DNA of 64,000 bases from Blepharisma stoltei ATCC 30299 (lineage: Eukaryota; Protista; Ciliophora): contig CBFDEM010000045.1 in the NCBI GenBank assembly GCA_965603825.1, positions 372,001 to 436,000 on the forward strand, in the 5' to 3' direction. The position numbers and the translations under genes were made by a program. Of this stretch, positions 46,091 to 57,624 are shown piece by piece. Every line of letters begins with the position of its first letter. Position 1 is the first letter of the stretch. The notes under the pieces were generated by a model. The model ran no database searches and was not told where the DNA came from. It saw only the letters and a program-made list of their open reading frames with translations.

Positions 46091-46179
46091 ACAACATAAA
46101 AGTTATTGTAAGCTTAGTGTATAAAAAATTGTTAAAACAAAATTTTCTCCTTATTTAAAAAAGTCAGTAATTAAGATTT
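45859..46179. repeat. Direct segmental duplication, copy 2 (~321 bp)
   Basis: Near-identical to 43391-43710; includes about 90 bp upstream of the ATG. Confidence 0.95.
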
Positions 46180-46321
46180 GGATAAAAAAATCTTAATGAC
46201 TTAGCATTTAAACTAATGAATATTAATTTTCTTGGGAATAGGTAAATCAAAAATAATATCGTTTATACTAAGTCTTTTTACCAAGTTAAATTAATACTTT
46301 AATAATATATAATTTATTTTA

Positions 46322-47362
46322 CTAACTAGCAATTTCTGCAACTTTACTGTCTTCTTGTACACTTCTTTTTGTTTCCCTTCTAATAAGATGCAAAATTAAG
46401 TTTTTCACCTTATTGACCTCTTCTCTCAATTTATAGTTTTCATCTCTCAAAGCTTTAAGTTGTTGCTCTTGTTCACATTTTCCGTAATGTATAATAAGTC
46501 TAGTACTATTTAGTGTAACTTCTGATAATTTACTTTGTTTTTTATTAGATTTTGACTTTTCTCTTGCCAACAGTTTTGATTCCATCTTGACATCTGCTCT
46601 ATCAAGTTCTTCCAGCCAAAGGTTTGAAAGAATTTCAGTCCTGGAATTTTTTAGGTTGATCATGCAAGGGTTATTCATAATTGAAAGCTTGCTGAGCCTG
46701 TGAAAATTTTTAAAAATGCTTAGGACAACACTGAAATTGACTAATAAATTGCCATTCAGCTTTAACTCAGTAAGCCTTTTACATTTGCCAAGAGGTGAAA
46801 TGTCTTTAATTTTATTTTTGCTTGCTTTGAATATTTTGAGTTTTTGTAAATTGCTTAATGGTGTAACGTCAGTGATACTGTTTTTGCTGACATTTAAATA
46901 TGTCAAATTTTTGCAATCCCCAACGCCCTTCAAACTGGTTAAATAATTTTCCGACAAGTCCAGAACTTGCAAATTCGAAAGTTTAGAGATATCAAACCTA
47001 TCGTTTGAGTCAAAGGTGCTTAGCCCTCTCTTGCTTAAATTCAATTCCCTCAGGTCCGAAATAAAAGCAGTTTGAGCAATTTTGAGAATTCTTTTCTCAG
47101 AAAGCTTGCCGATATCGCTTAAAGGATTTTCAGGGATTTTTATTGATTTTAGAATTACATCTAAATCTCTCGAAGACTGCCAAGATGGAATTCCAATGCA
47201 ATCTTCTGATGAGCTGGGGTAGCTATCGAAAGAAGAGGTGGCGCAGTTTTTGGTGTCCGAGTCTCTTAAATAGTTAACGTGTGCTTTGTCGATGTGGACT
47301 TCGAGTTCTTTTCTTGTATCAAATGATTGATCATCAAATGGGCAGCAAAAGCTTTTGTTCAT
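46322..47362 (-). CDS. Leucine-rich repeat (SDS22-like) protein with N-terminal C2H2-like motif and C-terminal coiled coil
   Basis: LQVLDLSENYL, LTYLNVSKNSI, LTELKLNGNLL, LSIMNNPC; N-terminal CCPFDDQSF..LEVHIDKAH. Confidence 0.88.
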   Translation of the reverse strand: MNKSFCCPFDDQSFDTRKELEVHIDKAHVNYLRDSDTKNCATSSFDSYPSSSEDCIGIPSWQSSRDLDVILKSIKIPENPLSDIGKLSEKRILKIAQTAFISDLRELNLSKRGLSTFDSNDRFDISKLSNLQVLDLSENYLTSLKGVGDCKNLTYLNVSKNSITDVTPLSNLQKLKIFKASKNKIKDISPLGKCKRLTELKLNGNLLVNFSVVLSIFKNFHRLSKLSIMNNPCMINLKNSRTEILSNLWLEELDRADVKMESKLLAREKSKSNKKQSKLSEVTLNSTRLIIHYGKCEQEQQLKALRDENYKLREEVNKVKNLILHLIRRETKRSVQEDSKVAEIAS

Positions 47363-47915
47363 TTTTATGATTATAATAGTCAATAAAAAAATCAATACCA
47401 TCCTTATTAAAAAAAGACAGAAATTAGAACAAGTGAAATAGAAAGGTGAATAAATTATATATGACTCATCAGAATTGATAATTAAATATATGCCAAATAA
47501 AAATTAAATATGAAATTTTATTCTCTGCGTACTTTGGTAAAAAGAGTCTCAATGATGCCTACTTAAATTTCTTGTATGAATAAGATTTAAAATTATTTGA
47601 AGATATAAATTCAATCTGTTAGGCTAAATATATCGATTAATTCAAATATTTCGGACCAGTCGTCGTATATAAGAACCTTTAATCTAAGGTCTGAATAATT
47701 TATTTTATCAAAAATAGTTTACCAACTTAAGAAGTTCTTCATAGTGAAGCTTTTTAATCTCTCAAAAGACGCTTTAAAAGCATATTTTACGACTTTAGAA
47801 GCTCAGATTAATCTAGCATTTAAATAATGATGAATATAGTCAGCAAAAAATGGATTAATTATAAGCTCTAATGGATTTTAGTCTCCATATTTATTTAATT
47901 TCTATCATAATTAAA

Positions 47916-48782
47916 ATGTATCAATTTGCCACATCTGACCAAATGAAGCTCAAATTAACGATTCTTGCCCAAATCAAGAAGCGCCAAATTCAAAGAGCCT
48001 ATCTTATATGATATAATGAAGCCTCAAAAAATTCGATCATTGCAAAATATAATAAATTAAAAGCATATGCATTAAAATTACTGAGAAAGCGAAGTCCAGG
48101 AAGAGCACCAAAAATTGAAATAAAATCCGTTAAATCCCCCAAGACTCCAGAAATTGAAGAAAAAGGTGCACCTGCTCCAATGTATACTGAAAGGGCCAAA
48201 ACTTCTTCAACAGACAAACAATTTCTTCTAAAAACTTTTTCATTCCCCAAAAAACCTAAGGAGCAAGCTACCCCAAGCACAAAAGAGCACACACCAAACA
48301 GGAGGACCCCTGTAAAACGCAACACGAGTGCTCCTCCAAAATCACCAAAAAATTTATTTGATAAAATTCGCAACGATTTACAACAAAAAGCCTTAAGATC
48401 TGATACCCCAACTGAACGAAAATCTATAGAAATTGGTGAAAGATTATTCAGAAATGCAGAAGTGATTAATAAAAAGAAAGAAATTTTACGCAGCAATAGC
48501 AAAGAAAACTACTCTTTTAAACCAAAAATATTGGAAAGCACACATAAATGGCTGAATAAACGTGATGGTAAAGCGGATCAGGCGAAAAAAGAGCAAGTTG
48601 CTATTGTGTCATGCTCAGAAGTAATGACTAGCAGAGCAAATAGGTTTGGATTTTTGAAGACGTTTGATCCAGAGTGCAATATGGCAGATCAGTCTAATGA
48701 GGAATTGGAGGTAGCCTTGGGAGAGTCAAGTGAAAAGAGGACTAACACATCCAGTGAGATTATTTGGATGGCTGGTGGTTAA
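47916..48782 (+). CDS. Basic, Pro/Ser/Thr-rich hypothetical protein (~288 aa)
   Basis: ATG 47916 is in frame with ORF 48180..48782 through one TGA; contains GERLF and YSFKPKI motifs. Confidence 0.7.
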
Positions 48783-49210
48783 ATTAATTTGATAGAAAGT
48801 TTCTTGTAGCTCCAAAATTAAATTGTATTCGATAAAAATGGCCTATGAAAATATCAGCTCAGAGTTAAAAGGGTGGATATGTGCATATCTAAATCCTCCA
48901 GCTGAAAAAGACAAACACGATTAAATAATAAGCCTTTTCACTTGTCAACTTTTGATAAGGGGAAAGATTAATATTATGAATGATGTAAAAATAATTAATT
49001 TATTTATATGCATACATTTGCCAGAGTCATAATGAGGTTTTAAGGAGGCCTATAAAATTAATCTCCTAATTGGCAAAACTGCAATTTATTTCTTAAGCTT
49101 TAGTAATTTAAAATAGGCTAATCTACTATACTCTGTTTAAAGTGTATAAATTCTCATTATTTTAAAATTATCTTTATTTTACAAATCACCTTTAAATTCA
49201 TTTTTAGTTA

Positions 49211-49909
49211 ATGAGCTATCCAAGAGACTATTCAAATCTCTATCTAGACGTGAACCAATATGGCTCCAGGAACCCTTATCCAAGCTCTTCTATACCTCAA
49301 TACAGTTACTCAACTCGCAACTCCAGCTATCCTTATACTGATTCCCATAATAACTTTTACCCATCTAGATATCCAACTTACGAGCCTTACAAACCAATTT
49401 TTGAGGACAAGCAAGACTATCATTCCAGAATTGAGCGAAATATTGACCAGCAAATAGAAGAAAAAGAAACAAGACTCAAAAAATTCAGCAGCACTGAAAC
49501 ATCTTTTTCGAAATCCAATTATGCCGATAACCCCAACTTTCAGTCGTCTAGAAATAATTTTCAGGCTGAATCTCTATCAGACTCAAAACAAGAATCTTCA
49601 TCAAAACTGTCAAGAAGCAATTCTTCTAAAAAATACGATCATATGAGAAATCCTTACTCGAAATATAACACAATCAGTCCATATGCAAAAACAACCTTTG
49701 CCTATAGGATGAGGACAATTGATAATCAGCCTTATACTTTTTCTGAAGAAGAGCCGGTAGCTAGAAAAAAAGAAAAAAAGGTTGTAAAAACTAGCCAAAA
49801 AAATAAAGTTATCAAAAAATTGGTAGGAATTATTGAGGACCATGCCGAAATTTGCCCACAATTAAAATATAAGCTTGATGCATTAAGGGAAGAGTTCCCG
49901 TTTATTTAA
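49211..49909 (+). CDS. Tyr/Ser/Pro-rich hypothetical protein (232 aa)
   Basis: Uninterrupted ORF with a low-complexity N-terminus. Confidence 0.75.
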   Translation: MSYPRDYSNLYLDVNQYGSRNPYPSSSIPQYSYSTRNSSYPYTDSHNNFYPSRYPTYEPYKPIFEDKQDYHSRIERNIDQQIEEKETRLKKFSSTETSFSKSNYADNPNFQSSRNNFQAESLSDSKQESSSKLSRSNSSKKYDHMRNPYSKYNTISPYAKTTFAYRMRTIDNQPYTFSEEEPVARKKEKKVVKTSQKNKVIKKLVGIIEDHAEICPQLKYKLDALREEFPFI

Positions 49910-49948
49910 GAAAACTAAAGAATTTCTAAATTTAAAAATTTTCTGAAA

Positions 49949-50941
49949 ATGGATAATATTGACAATATGGAAAGAAAAAACTCCTCACCTCAGGTGAATA
50001 TAAAATTTCTCTCACTCAACCTTTTCCTTCGTCCTCCGCTTATTCATACAAATGAAAGTGATTATAAGGACGATCGATTGCGGTATTTTATCCGTAATAT
50101 AATTCACAACTACGACATTATATGTCTCCAAGAAGTTTTTTCTTCTTACACCCTTAGGCAAAATCGCCTAATTCAAGGAGCAGAAAATAGGCAGTTTTTA
50201 TATTCAGTAAGAAGCCCAAAGCCAAAGTTATGATCAACACAGATTGTAGACTGTGGGCTAGTAATTCTAAGCAAGTATCGTATAGTAGAAAGTGAATTCA
50301 AGCCTTTTACATATTCATTGCTTCCCGACAGATTATCATATAAAGGTATGCTATATGCAAAAATTTCAATTAATGGGAAAAACGTTCATGTATTTACGTC
50401 TCATTTGCAGTCTAAACATCCTACTGAGGACAGCGCTCAGTACTTGGCATATAGACTTGTTCGGAGATCACAATTGATAGAAATGAGGAATTTTGTTGAT
50501 GATAAAATTGGGAAGTCAAATGACGCTGTCATTATTGCAGGAGATTTAAATATAGATGGAAGAGAAGAACTTAAGCCTCCCGCATTTCCAGTATATTATA
50601 TTTAGGACATTGAGTGCAAAGATGACTATGAACACTTTATCAATATTTTATCAAAATATGGAAAATCAGACTTAATTGATGTAATGAGGACCAAATATGG
50701 GTATTCTCCAGCTACATTTGGTAGACATGATGAAAATAATAATCCACTTGAAACAGTACTCACTGCTTCAGACCAAACCTTATGGGATGAATCATTAGAT
50801 CATATTCTGATGATTAATGAAAAAGCTAGTGGGGTCACTATCAATTGGACTGAGACTTGTGTAGAGCCGTTTTATACTCCTGGACAGCCATTTACTCAGA
50901 TTAGTGATCACGCAGGAGTTCAAATTTCTTTTAGGTGTTAA
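49949..50941 (+). CDS. Endonuclease/exonuclease/phosphatase-fold enzyme, neutral sphingomyelinase-like; one 15-nt intron
   Basis: LSLN, YDIICLQEVF, DCGLVILSKY, YKGMLYAKI, TSHLQS, IIAGDLN, LDHIL, ISDHAGV. Joined by TGA 50231 and intron 50591-50605. Confidence 0.9.
50591..50605 (+). other. 15-nt intron GTATATTATATTTAG
   Basis: GT..AG with A at -6 and an in-frame TAG. Confidence 0.92.
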
Positions 50942-50961
50942 TAATTGTTTATAAAAAATAA

Positions 50962-52293
50962 TTAATTATCCAAACCAAATCCGATTGAGTGATTTTCAAT
51001 TACAAATAATAAAGCTTTTTTAAGCTCCTTTTTAGACTGGTAAATAGGCAAGTCTAGTCTATTAAAACATGTGTGAGCTCTTGGCAAAATTCCTGGTACA
51101 TATTTTACAGATTCTATTGTAAATTTCGCAGAATCCCCACGAAGAGTTTTGAGCGACGTGAATCCTCCTATAGGTAACCGAGAAGTGCCAGTTACAAAAA
51201 CTAGAAGATTTGATAATTGGCTTTGACTTAGACGTCTTAAAATTTTCCAAAATCACACTATAACTTTATGATTTTCTGAAAATGGAGATTTATATTCTGT
51301 ATTAAGCTGCCAATCCACTATATCAATGATATCAATCCCACACAATGCTTGTTCTAATTCTTCTGGGGTTAAGTGTGAAATTACGTTAAATGGAACTACG
51401 AAATAAAACCCATTCTTTATATTTTCTATAGCTTCATAAAACCCATTATGCAGCTCCAGCTCTGCCCTTTTTATAGCATATTCTTCTTTATTAGCATCAT
51501 TTACTTCTATATTCTGTCCATCTTGTACCAGCGCCATAATAAACTCATCACCTAAATGTCTTTTTTTGACTGAAAAAGTTTCGAAAAATACCCCATTGAT
51601 TGGATTTTGTAGCATATAGCATAAAGACTTATAAAGTTCTTCGTCTATATACCGCAAATCTTCAAGTTCTACTCTTAACTGTAAAATATGCTTAAAAATC
51701 ACTTTAGAAAGATGACAATTAATAGGAACATTTTCTAATAAAGCTTTCCCAATCGCTCTTCCAAACAAATAATAATACATGCTAAGAGACTCCACTTCTT
51801 TAATAGGGATTGTATAGGCAACTTCTTGTGTATTCGCAAGTACAAACATCCCTCAGCTTTCTGATAGCAGCTCAGCCATAAGCAAATTTAGTCATTCTTT
51901 CATTAATCCTCCAGCATCTTGAGCGATTTCTCCTGAAAAGAAAATCTGGAACTCTGAACGAATTTCGTATTCACCGAGCTGGTTGATTTGATTTAAGGAC
52001 TCATAAACAAGGTTTTCCCTTTCTATTATGATGTATACGTGGTTGTCTGTCCAGGGAACCTTTAAATCTTCGCATTTTTGTTTTAGGGAGAGAATATTGG
52101 GGTCGTAAAGATCTGAATTATTTATAGAACTGTCGTCGAAAGATTTTTTAGGAGGCGGACCTTTTTGCAAGCAAGCGTCTATGTGAGAATTAAAATTGTT
52201 GAAGGTTGTCCAAAGGTTAAATTTCCGCTTGCAGATTGGGCATTCGGCATTAGTACCTAGTATTCCTGTTCCTCTTCTTACATAATTTCCCAT
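50962..52293 (-). CDS. Small HECT E3 ubiquitin ligase with N-terminal MG motif and UBZ-like zinc finger (~443 aa)
   Basis: CPICKRKF..FNSHIDAC, FSGEIAQDAGGLMKEW(TGA), VIVW(TGA)FW, FVTGTSRLPIGGF, catalytic LPRAHTCFNRLDLP, terminal GFGLDN. Confidence 0.93.
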
Positions 52294-53025
52294 GATATTT
52301 ATATTGTGAGTTTAGTTGATAACTATTAGTTAGATTGTGGTGGAATGTTAAGATAAACTAATAATTATTTGCAGCTTAATATTATATTTTAATTAATTCA
52401 ACTAAATATTAGCAAAATAAAACTCTAAGTGAATTTTTATATCAGGGTACCAAAAAATTATAGAAATGTTTCAAATTAAAAGGTTAGAATTGATAAGCCT
52501 TTTAAAATAAATGAATTAGATTGCCGTTTTGAAAGATATAAAGATTGATTCCATAAAATAAGTAATGGGATTGCAAAAGAAGAGCAATATACTTTTGATA
52601 ATTATTATTTGATTAATTTATATTTTAAGAGGGTTTCATATTTGACACTGAATTAAAATATTAAGAAAATAATTAATAATTGTTTATAAAATCTTAAATA
52701 AATGAGTTTAATTTCTGATGATCCCGTTAAAGTGATATTTAATTAATCATTTCTCTTAGAAAACTCCACTTAATGTGAAATAATTTATCATAAATCAAAG
52801 AATCTAAGCTCCCATATTTAACCAGTATTATTTCAAAAAATGCAAAAAATACATTTCATACTTTATCGCAATTTTATTAAGATGAGAATTCTTGGCTTAA
52901 ATTTAAATTTTTTCACTCCCATTCATTGCATAAAATTGCGCAGAAAAACTAATTAAATTTAATTCTACTTCTGAAAATTCTCTCCATCCCTTCAAAAAAA
53001 AACACTAATCTCTATAATTAAAATT

Positions 53026-55782
53026 ATGGGAAATTGTGTCAGCCGTAAAAAATCATCCACCGTAAAGACCCTACCTTCTTCTAATTATAAGAAACGAGAA
53101 TCCACTTTATCAAGCACAATTATCAAATCTATTCCCCAGGCTGATGCATCCAAAACAATACCTCAGACTGAGGAAATCAAAATCGAAACCAACACAAATT
53201 CAGTTTCAAATGCAAGGAAAATGATCAAGAAAAAAGCTCCTGTTGCTGACCATCGAAAAAAGAACTTAGAAGATGTAGACGCACCCAATGCGATTGTGAC
53301 TGAAAAAGTTAAATCTGATAGGGAAATTGAAGATTTGCGAAAATCATTGGCAGCAAGCTCACTTTTCAGCAGCTTGCCAGAGGAAAATCTTCACCTTATT
53401 ATAGACCAAATGAAATATTATACACTTGGGGCGAGAGAAGTTGTATTTAATCAAGGCCAGCCAGGAAACAACTTCTTTATAGTCGCATCTGGCAGGGTTG
53501 AAATTATAGTCAATGGAGAAACCAAAGGGTTTCTTTCCAAAGGGAAAGGGTTTGGAGAACTTGCACTTTTGCACGACTCTTTAAGAACTGCTACTGTTAT
53601 TACACTCGATAAAGCTACTTTGTGGGGAATTGGAAGACAAGCCTTCAGAAGCGCAGTGGAAAGTGTTAGTAATCAGAAATATATTGAAAATAAAAATTTT
53701 ATTGATAATGTGCCGATTTTGAGTTTGCTTACACCAGCACAAAAAGACGCTTTGCTTGCTGTTATGGTCTCACAGGATTTTGAACCAGGACAAAAAATTG
53801 TATCAGAAGGAGACCCAGGAGACTTATTTTACGTAATTAAAGAAGGGGTTGTAAGCTGCACTGTAAAAGGAAACGAGATAAGACAGCTAAGCAAAGGAGA
53901 TTTCTTTGGGGAGCAAGCACTAGTTTACAATACAACCAGAACAGCTACAATCACAGCCATTGCCAAAGCTTCTATACTGTCTTTAGGAAGAGAAGACTTA
54001 ACACGAGTTTTAGGCGACCAGCTGCAACAAATTATCTATAGAAACACTCAAAGAATGTCCATCGAAAAATCTCAGACACTAAAAGTCCTTACAAAGCTCC
54101 AAGCAGAATCTGTTATTGATAAAATGAAAGTTTCATCATATCATGATGGAGAAATAGTCATCGCAAAAGACTACCCAAAACAACAAATGATATGAATGGT
54201 ATTAAAAGGCAGCCTGATGGCTTCAACTGTAAAAGTCGACGTTTTTCAATTTATTGGAGACATGGATTTTTTACCACCAAGCTCAGTGAAATATGATACA
54301 AGTTATTTGGCAGTAGGGGATACTGATGTAGCAGAAATATCATGGGCAGATCTAGAAGCGTGTATAGGAGGAAGGCTTGCAAATATTTCGCAGCAAAATC
54401 AAGTACTAGGCATTTTGAGGAGGGTGCAGCTGTTCAGAGCTTTAAGTGTAAGTAAATTAGAACAATTAGCATCAGTTCTAAGAGTCAGGGATTATTATGA
54501 TCAAGAACCTGTATTTTTGCAAGGAGACCCAGGTGATGCATTTTATATTGTAAAAGAAGGGCAAGTAGAAATCCATAAAGACGGAGTTTTGATCAGAACT
54601 ATTATAAAGCATGATTTTTTTGGAGAAAGGTCAATCATTCTGCAAGAAAGTAGGACTGCTACTGCAGTTTCAAAAGGAAACACAAGCTGCTGGATTTTGG
54701 AAAAGCAGCAGTTTTTAAATTTAATTGATGAAAACATCAGGAACCAAATCCTTAAAAGAATGGAACTCCAAAATGACTCTGTGCAGCTCACTGAGCTTGC
54801 TATTATAAAAACCCTTGGCAAAGGAATGTTTGGAAATGTGTTTTTAGCTGTCCATAGAAAAGTAAAAACCCCTTATGCCTTAAAAACAGTCCACCGAGGC
54901 AAGATTCAAGCTTTCCAAATCCATGATAACTTGGTCCTTGAACGAAAAATTTTACTTGAGCTTGACCATCCTTTAATTATGAAACTTGTAAAGACCTTCA
55001 AAGACCCTGAAAGGATATATTTTCTTACAGAATTTGTCCGAGGCCAAGATCTCTTTGATGTACTCAGAGTCCTAAACTTACTTACAAACGAGTGGTCAAA
55101 ATTTTATGCTGGCTGCGTTTTCTTAATGCTTGAACATTTGCATGAGAGAAATATAATTTACCGGGATCTTAAGCCTGAAAATATCATGATTGATGAATAT
55201 GGATACCCAAAATTGATTGATTTTGGAACAGCAAAACAAATAGACTCAAGAACGTATACAGTTGTAGGGACACCTCATTATATGGCTCCTGAAGTTATCA
55301 TTGGAAAAGGCTATGGCCTAGCTGCTGACTATTGAACGGTAGGAATCATGATTTATGAATTTTTCTGTGGGATTGTCCCATTTGGCGAAGATGAAGAAGA
55401 TCCTTATAAGATTTATGAAAAAGTCATTGAAAGGAGGCTTGTTTATCCACCTTATGTAGGCCCAAATATGAAAGCAGCACCTTTTATTGAAATGCTTTTG
55501 TCAAAAAACCCTTCAATGAGAGGCACAGTTGAAACTATTAAAGAGCACAAGTGGTTTCAAGGGCTTGATTGGGACGGGTTGTTAGGGAAACAAATTAAAG
55601 CTCCTTATGTGCCAAAACTTGAAAGTTTAGCTGGAGAAATTGAGCATGGCTTGAAAAGAAATAAAGATGTGACAGAGTTTATTATGGTATTTATTATTTA
55701 GAGAGAAGAAGTTAATGATCTTGCAGAAATTCCGAAGAAAAGGGGGAAAAGTCCGCCTGAAGATTGGGATCACGATTTCTAG
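53026..55782 (+). CDS. PKG: cGMP-dependent protein kinase, alveolate type (MGNC acylation, four cNMP domains, third degenerate); one 15-nt intron
   Basis: FGELALL..RTAT, FGEQALV..RTAT, FGERSII..RTAT, LGKGMFG, YRDLKPEN, GTPHYMAPE, DYW(TGA), C-terminal DWDHDF. Confidence 0.95.
55687..55701 (+). other. 15-nt intron GTATTTATTATTTAG
   Basis: Removal gives the AGC-kinase terminal WDxDF motif. Confidence 0.93.
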
Positions 55783-56175
55783 AGTGTGTAAATAGAGTTA
55801 TTTTAAAAGTAAATAACAATGAAAATAGATAATTTTAATCGAGGGAGGTTTTATTTAAATTTCCAAAAATTAAATATATAAAATTATGATAATGTTAAAA
55901 TAAATTAAGAAAATCTATAGAATTCTTAAGCAAAATCTTAACTTTATTGAAATATCAAATTGCAATAAAAATCGCTATGTAATTTGGCTTTTATGATCAA
56001 AATTACTGTTTAGTCAAATTTTGATCGGAATTATATGATCTAATATATAATTTTATTAAGAAAGCATATATAGATGCTAATAAACAAGTTCATTTAAAAT
56101 CATAAGGATTAGTGAGAAATAAAATAAAGAAATCTAGAATTTCCTAACATGTAAAATATATAATTTGCAAATAAT

Positions 56176-56505
56176 TTAGTCTATTAAAGCCTCCAGAAAA
56201 CGGAAAATACATTGAATTATCATTTCTTTACCATAGATATGAAATGTCTCAATGCGAGAGTTTATTACTTTAGCATTAACTATTAGATTTTGTAAGCTTT
56301 AAGCTGTAAAATCATCAAGTCCGTTGCAATTTATTGAGCTCATGTCAATTTCTGGAGTGGTATTCTCAACTATTGCTTTGTGGAACTCATTGAGAATACT
56401 CTTGTTTTGAATTGAAGAATCTGTAATTGATGTACTGCTTTCTTGCCCTCTAATTTGAGGGGACGGAGCCAGATTTACACCTATCAAAATCAGTTGTTGG
56501 TTCAT
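56176..56505 (-). pseudogene. Possible degenerate ORF with one internal TAA
   Basis: A 68-codon ORF whose frame stays open for 40 more codons after TAA 56299-56301. No family recognised. Confidence 0.3.
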
Positions 56506-57624
56506 AAATAAGTATTGTTTTGTTGGAAATTTATTAAACCAAAGAATATTAATTTAAAATTAAATAGCAGCAATATTTTGTCTAAAAATATTTCGATAAG
56601 TTTTTTTATAAATTGAGTAATCTCAAAAATAGAGTTTCTTTTTAAGAAAAATAAAATTTATATTATAGCAATTTAAATTTTGCTAGCAGGCTAATTTTTC
56701 AATAATTATCTATTCAATTATAGTTAATTATAGATGTTTTCAACGATAAAATTGGGACAAATATCTATTTGTTTCTTAAAAGTTTATACCCTTAAACCAT
56801 GGCGAATTTTATCCATTTTTTGAGAAAAACTAATGTGATCTGATGAGTGAAAATGCCGATATTTCAATTTTAGCTTATCTAATTTATATAGATTGACTTT
56901 ATTAGATATTAATTTAAAAAAACTCACTGTCAAAGTTTAATTAAAAATTAAAGAAATTTGGCACCATCTTAACAAAACTTTATGCACATATAAAATAAGT
57001 AATTTTTATCGCTATAGCAAATAATAAAAATCTATAAATTAGCAAAAATTACGAGAAAAAGGCTTTGATGCATATTTTTATTGCTATTAATTAAGACTTG
57101 AGTAAAGATGGCTAAAAATTTAATCAAAATTTAGGTATTATGGCAAAAATCTTACTTGGAAAATAAAGATGCTAGTTATTATAGGCTATTTATATAAATG
57201 AAGCTATTTCAAAGCCTTGCAATTAAATAAGATATAGCTTATTTAACATTGAAAATACATTTAAATCAGTGTAAAAATATGCATTTTTATCTTAAAAAGC
57301 ATGAAATAAACTTATATAGTCGTTTTATCAATTTTTATAAGTCATAACCCTTCATTCATCAATTTTTCATTAATTTATGCCAATTCATATATATAGTATA
57401 AAAACTTTTTATTTTGCTGATTCTTTAATTTTCTTTTAACTGGCACAATAATGGCGTTTTCTATAATATCCATGCACAACCCCAACAAAGAGAATTTCTT
57501 AAATGAAATTCAAATAATAAGCATCAATAATTACTAAAGAATTTCTTTATAAAGAAAATGGCTTTATATCTTTATTTTATTAACTATAACCAATATGCTC
57601 TCGATTAATCAATTATAAAAACAC

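Noticed and set aside
55995-56026. Inverted repeat GATCAAAATT...AATTTTGATC downstream of PKG
   Set aside because: A single 10-bp AT-rich stem that is plausible by chance in this base composition.
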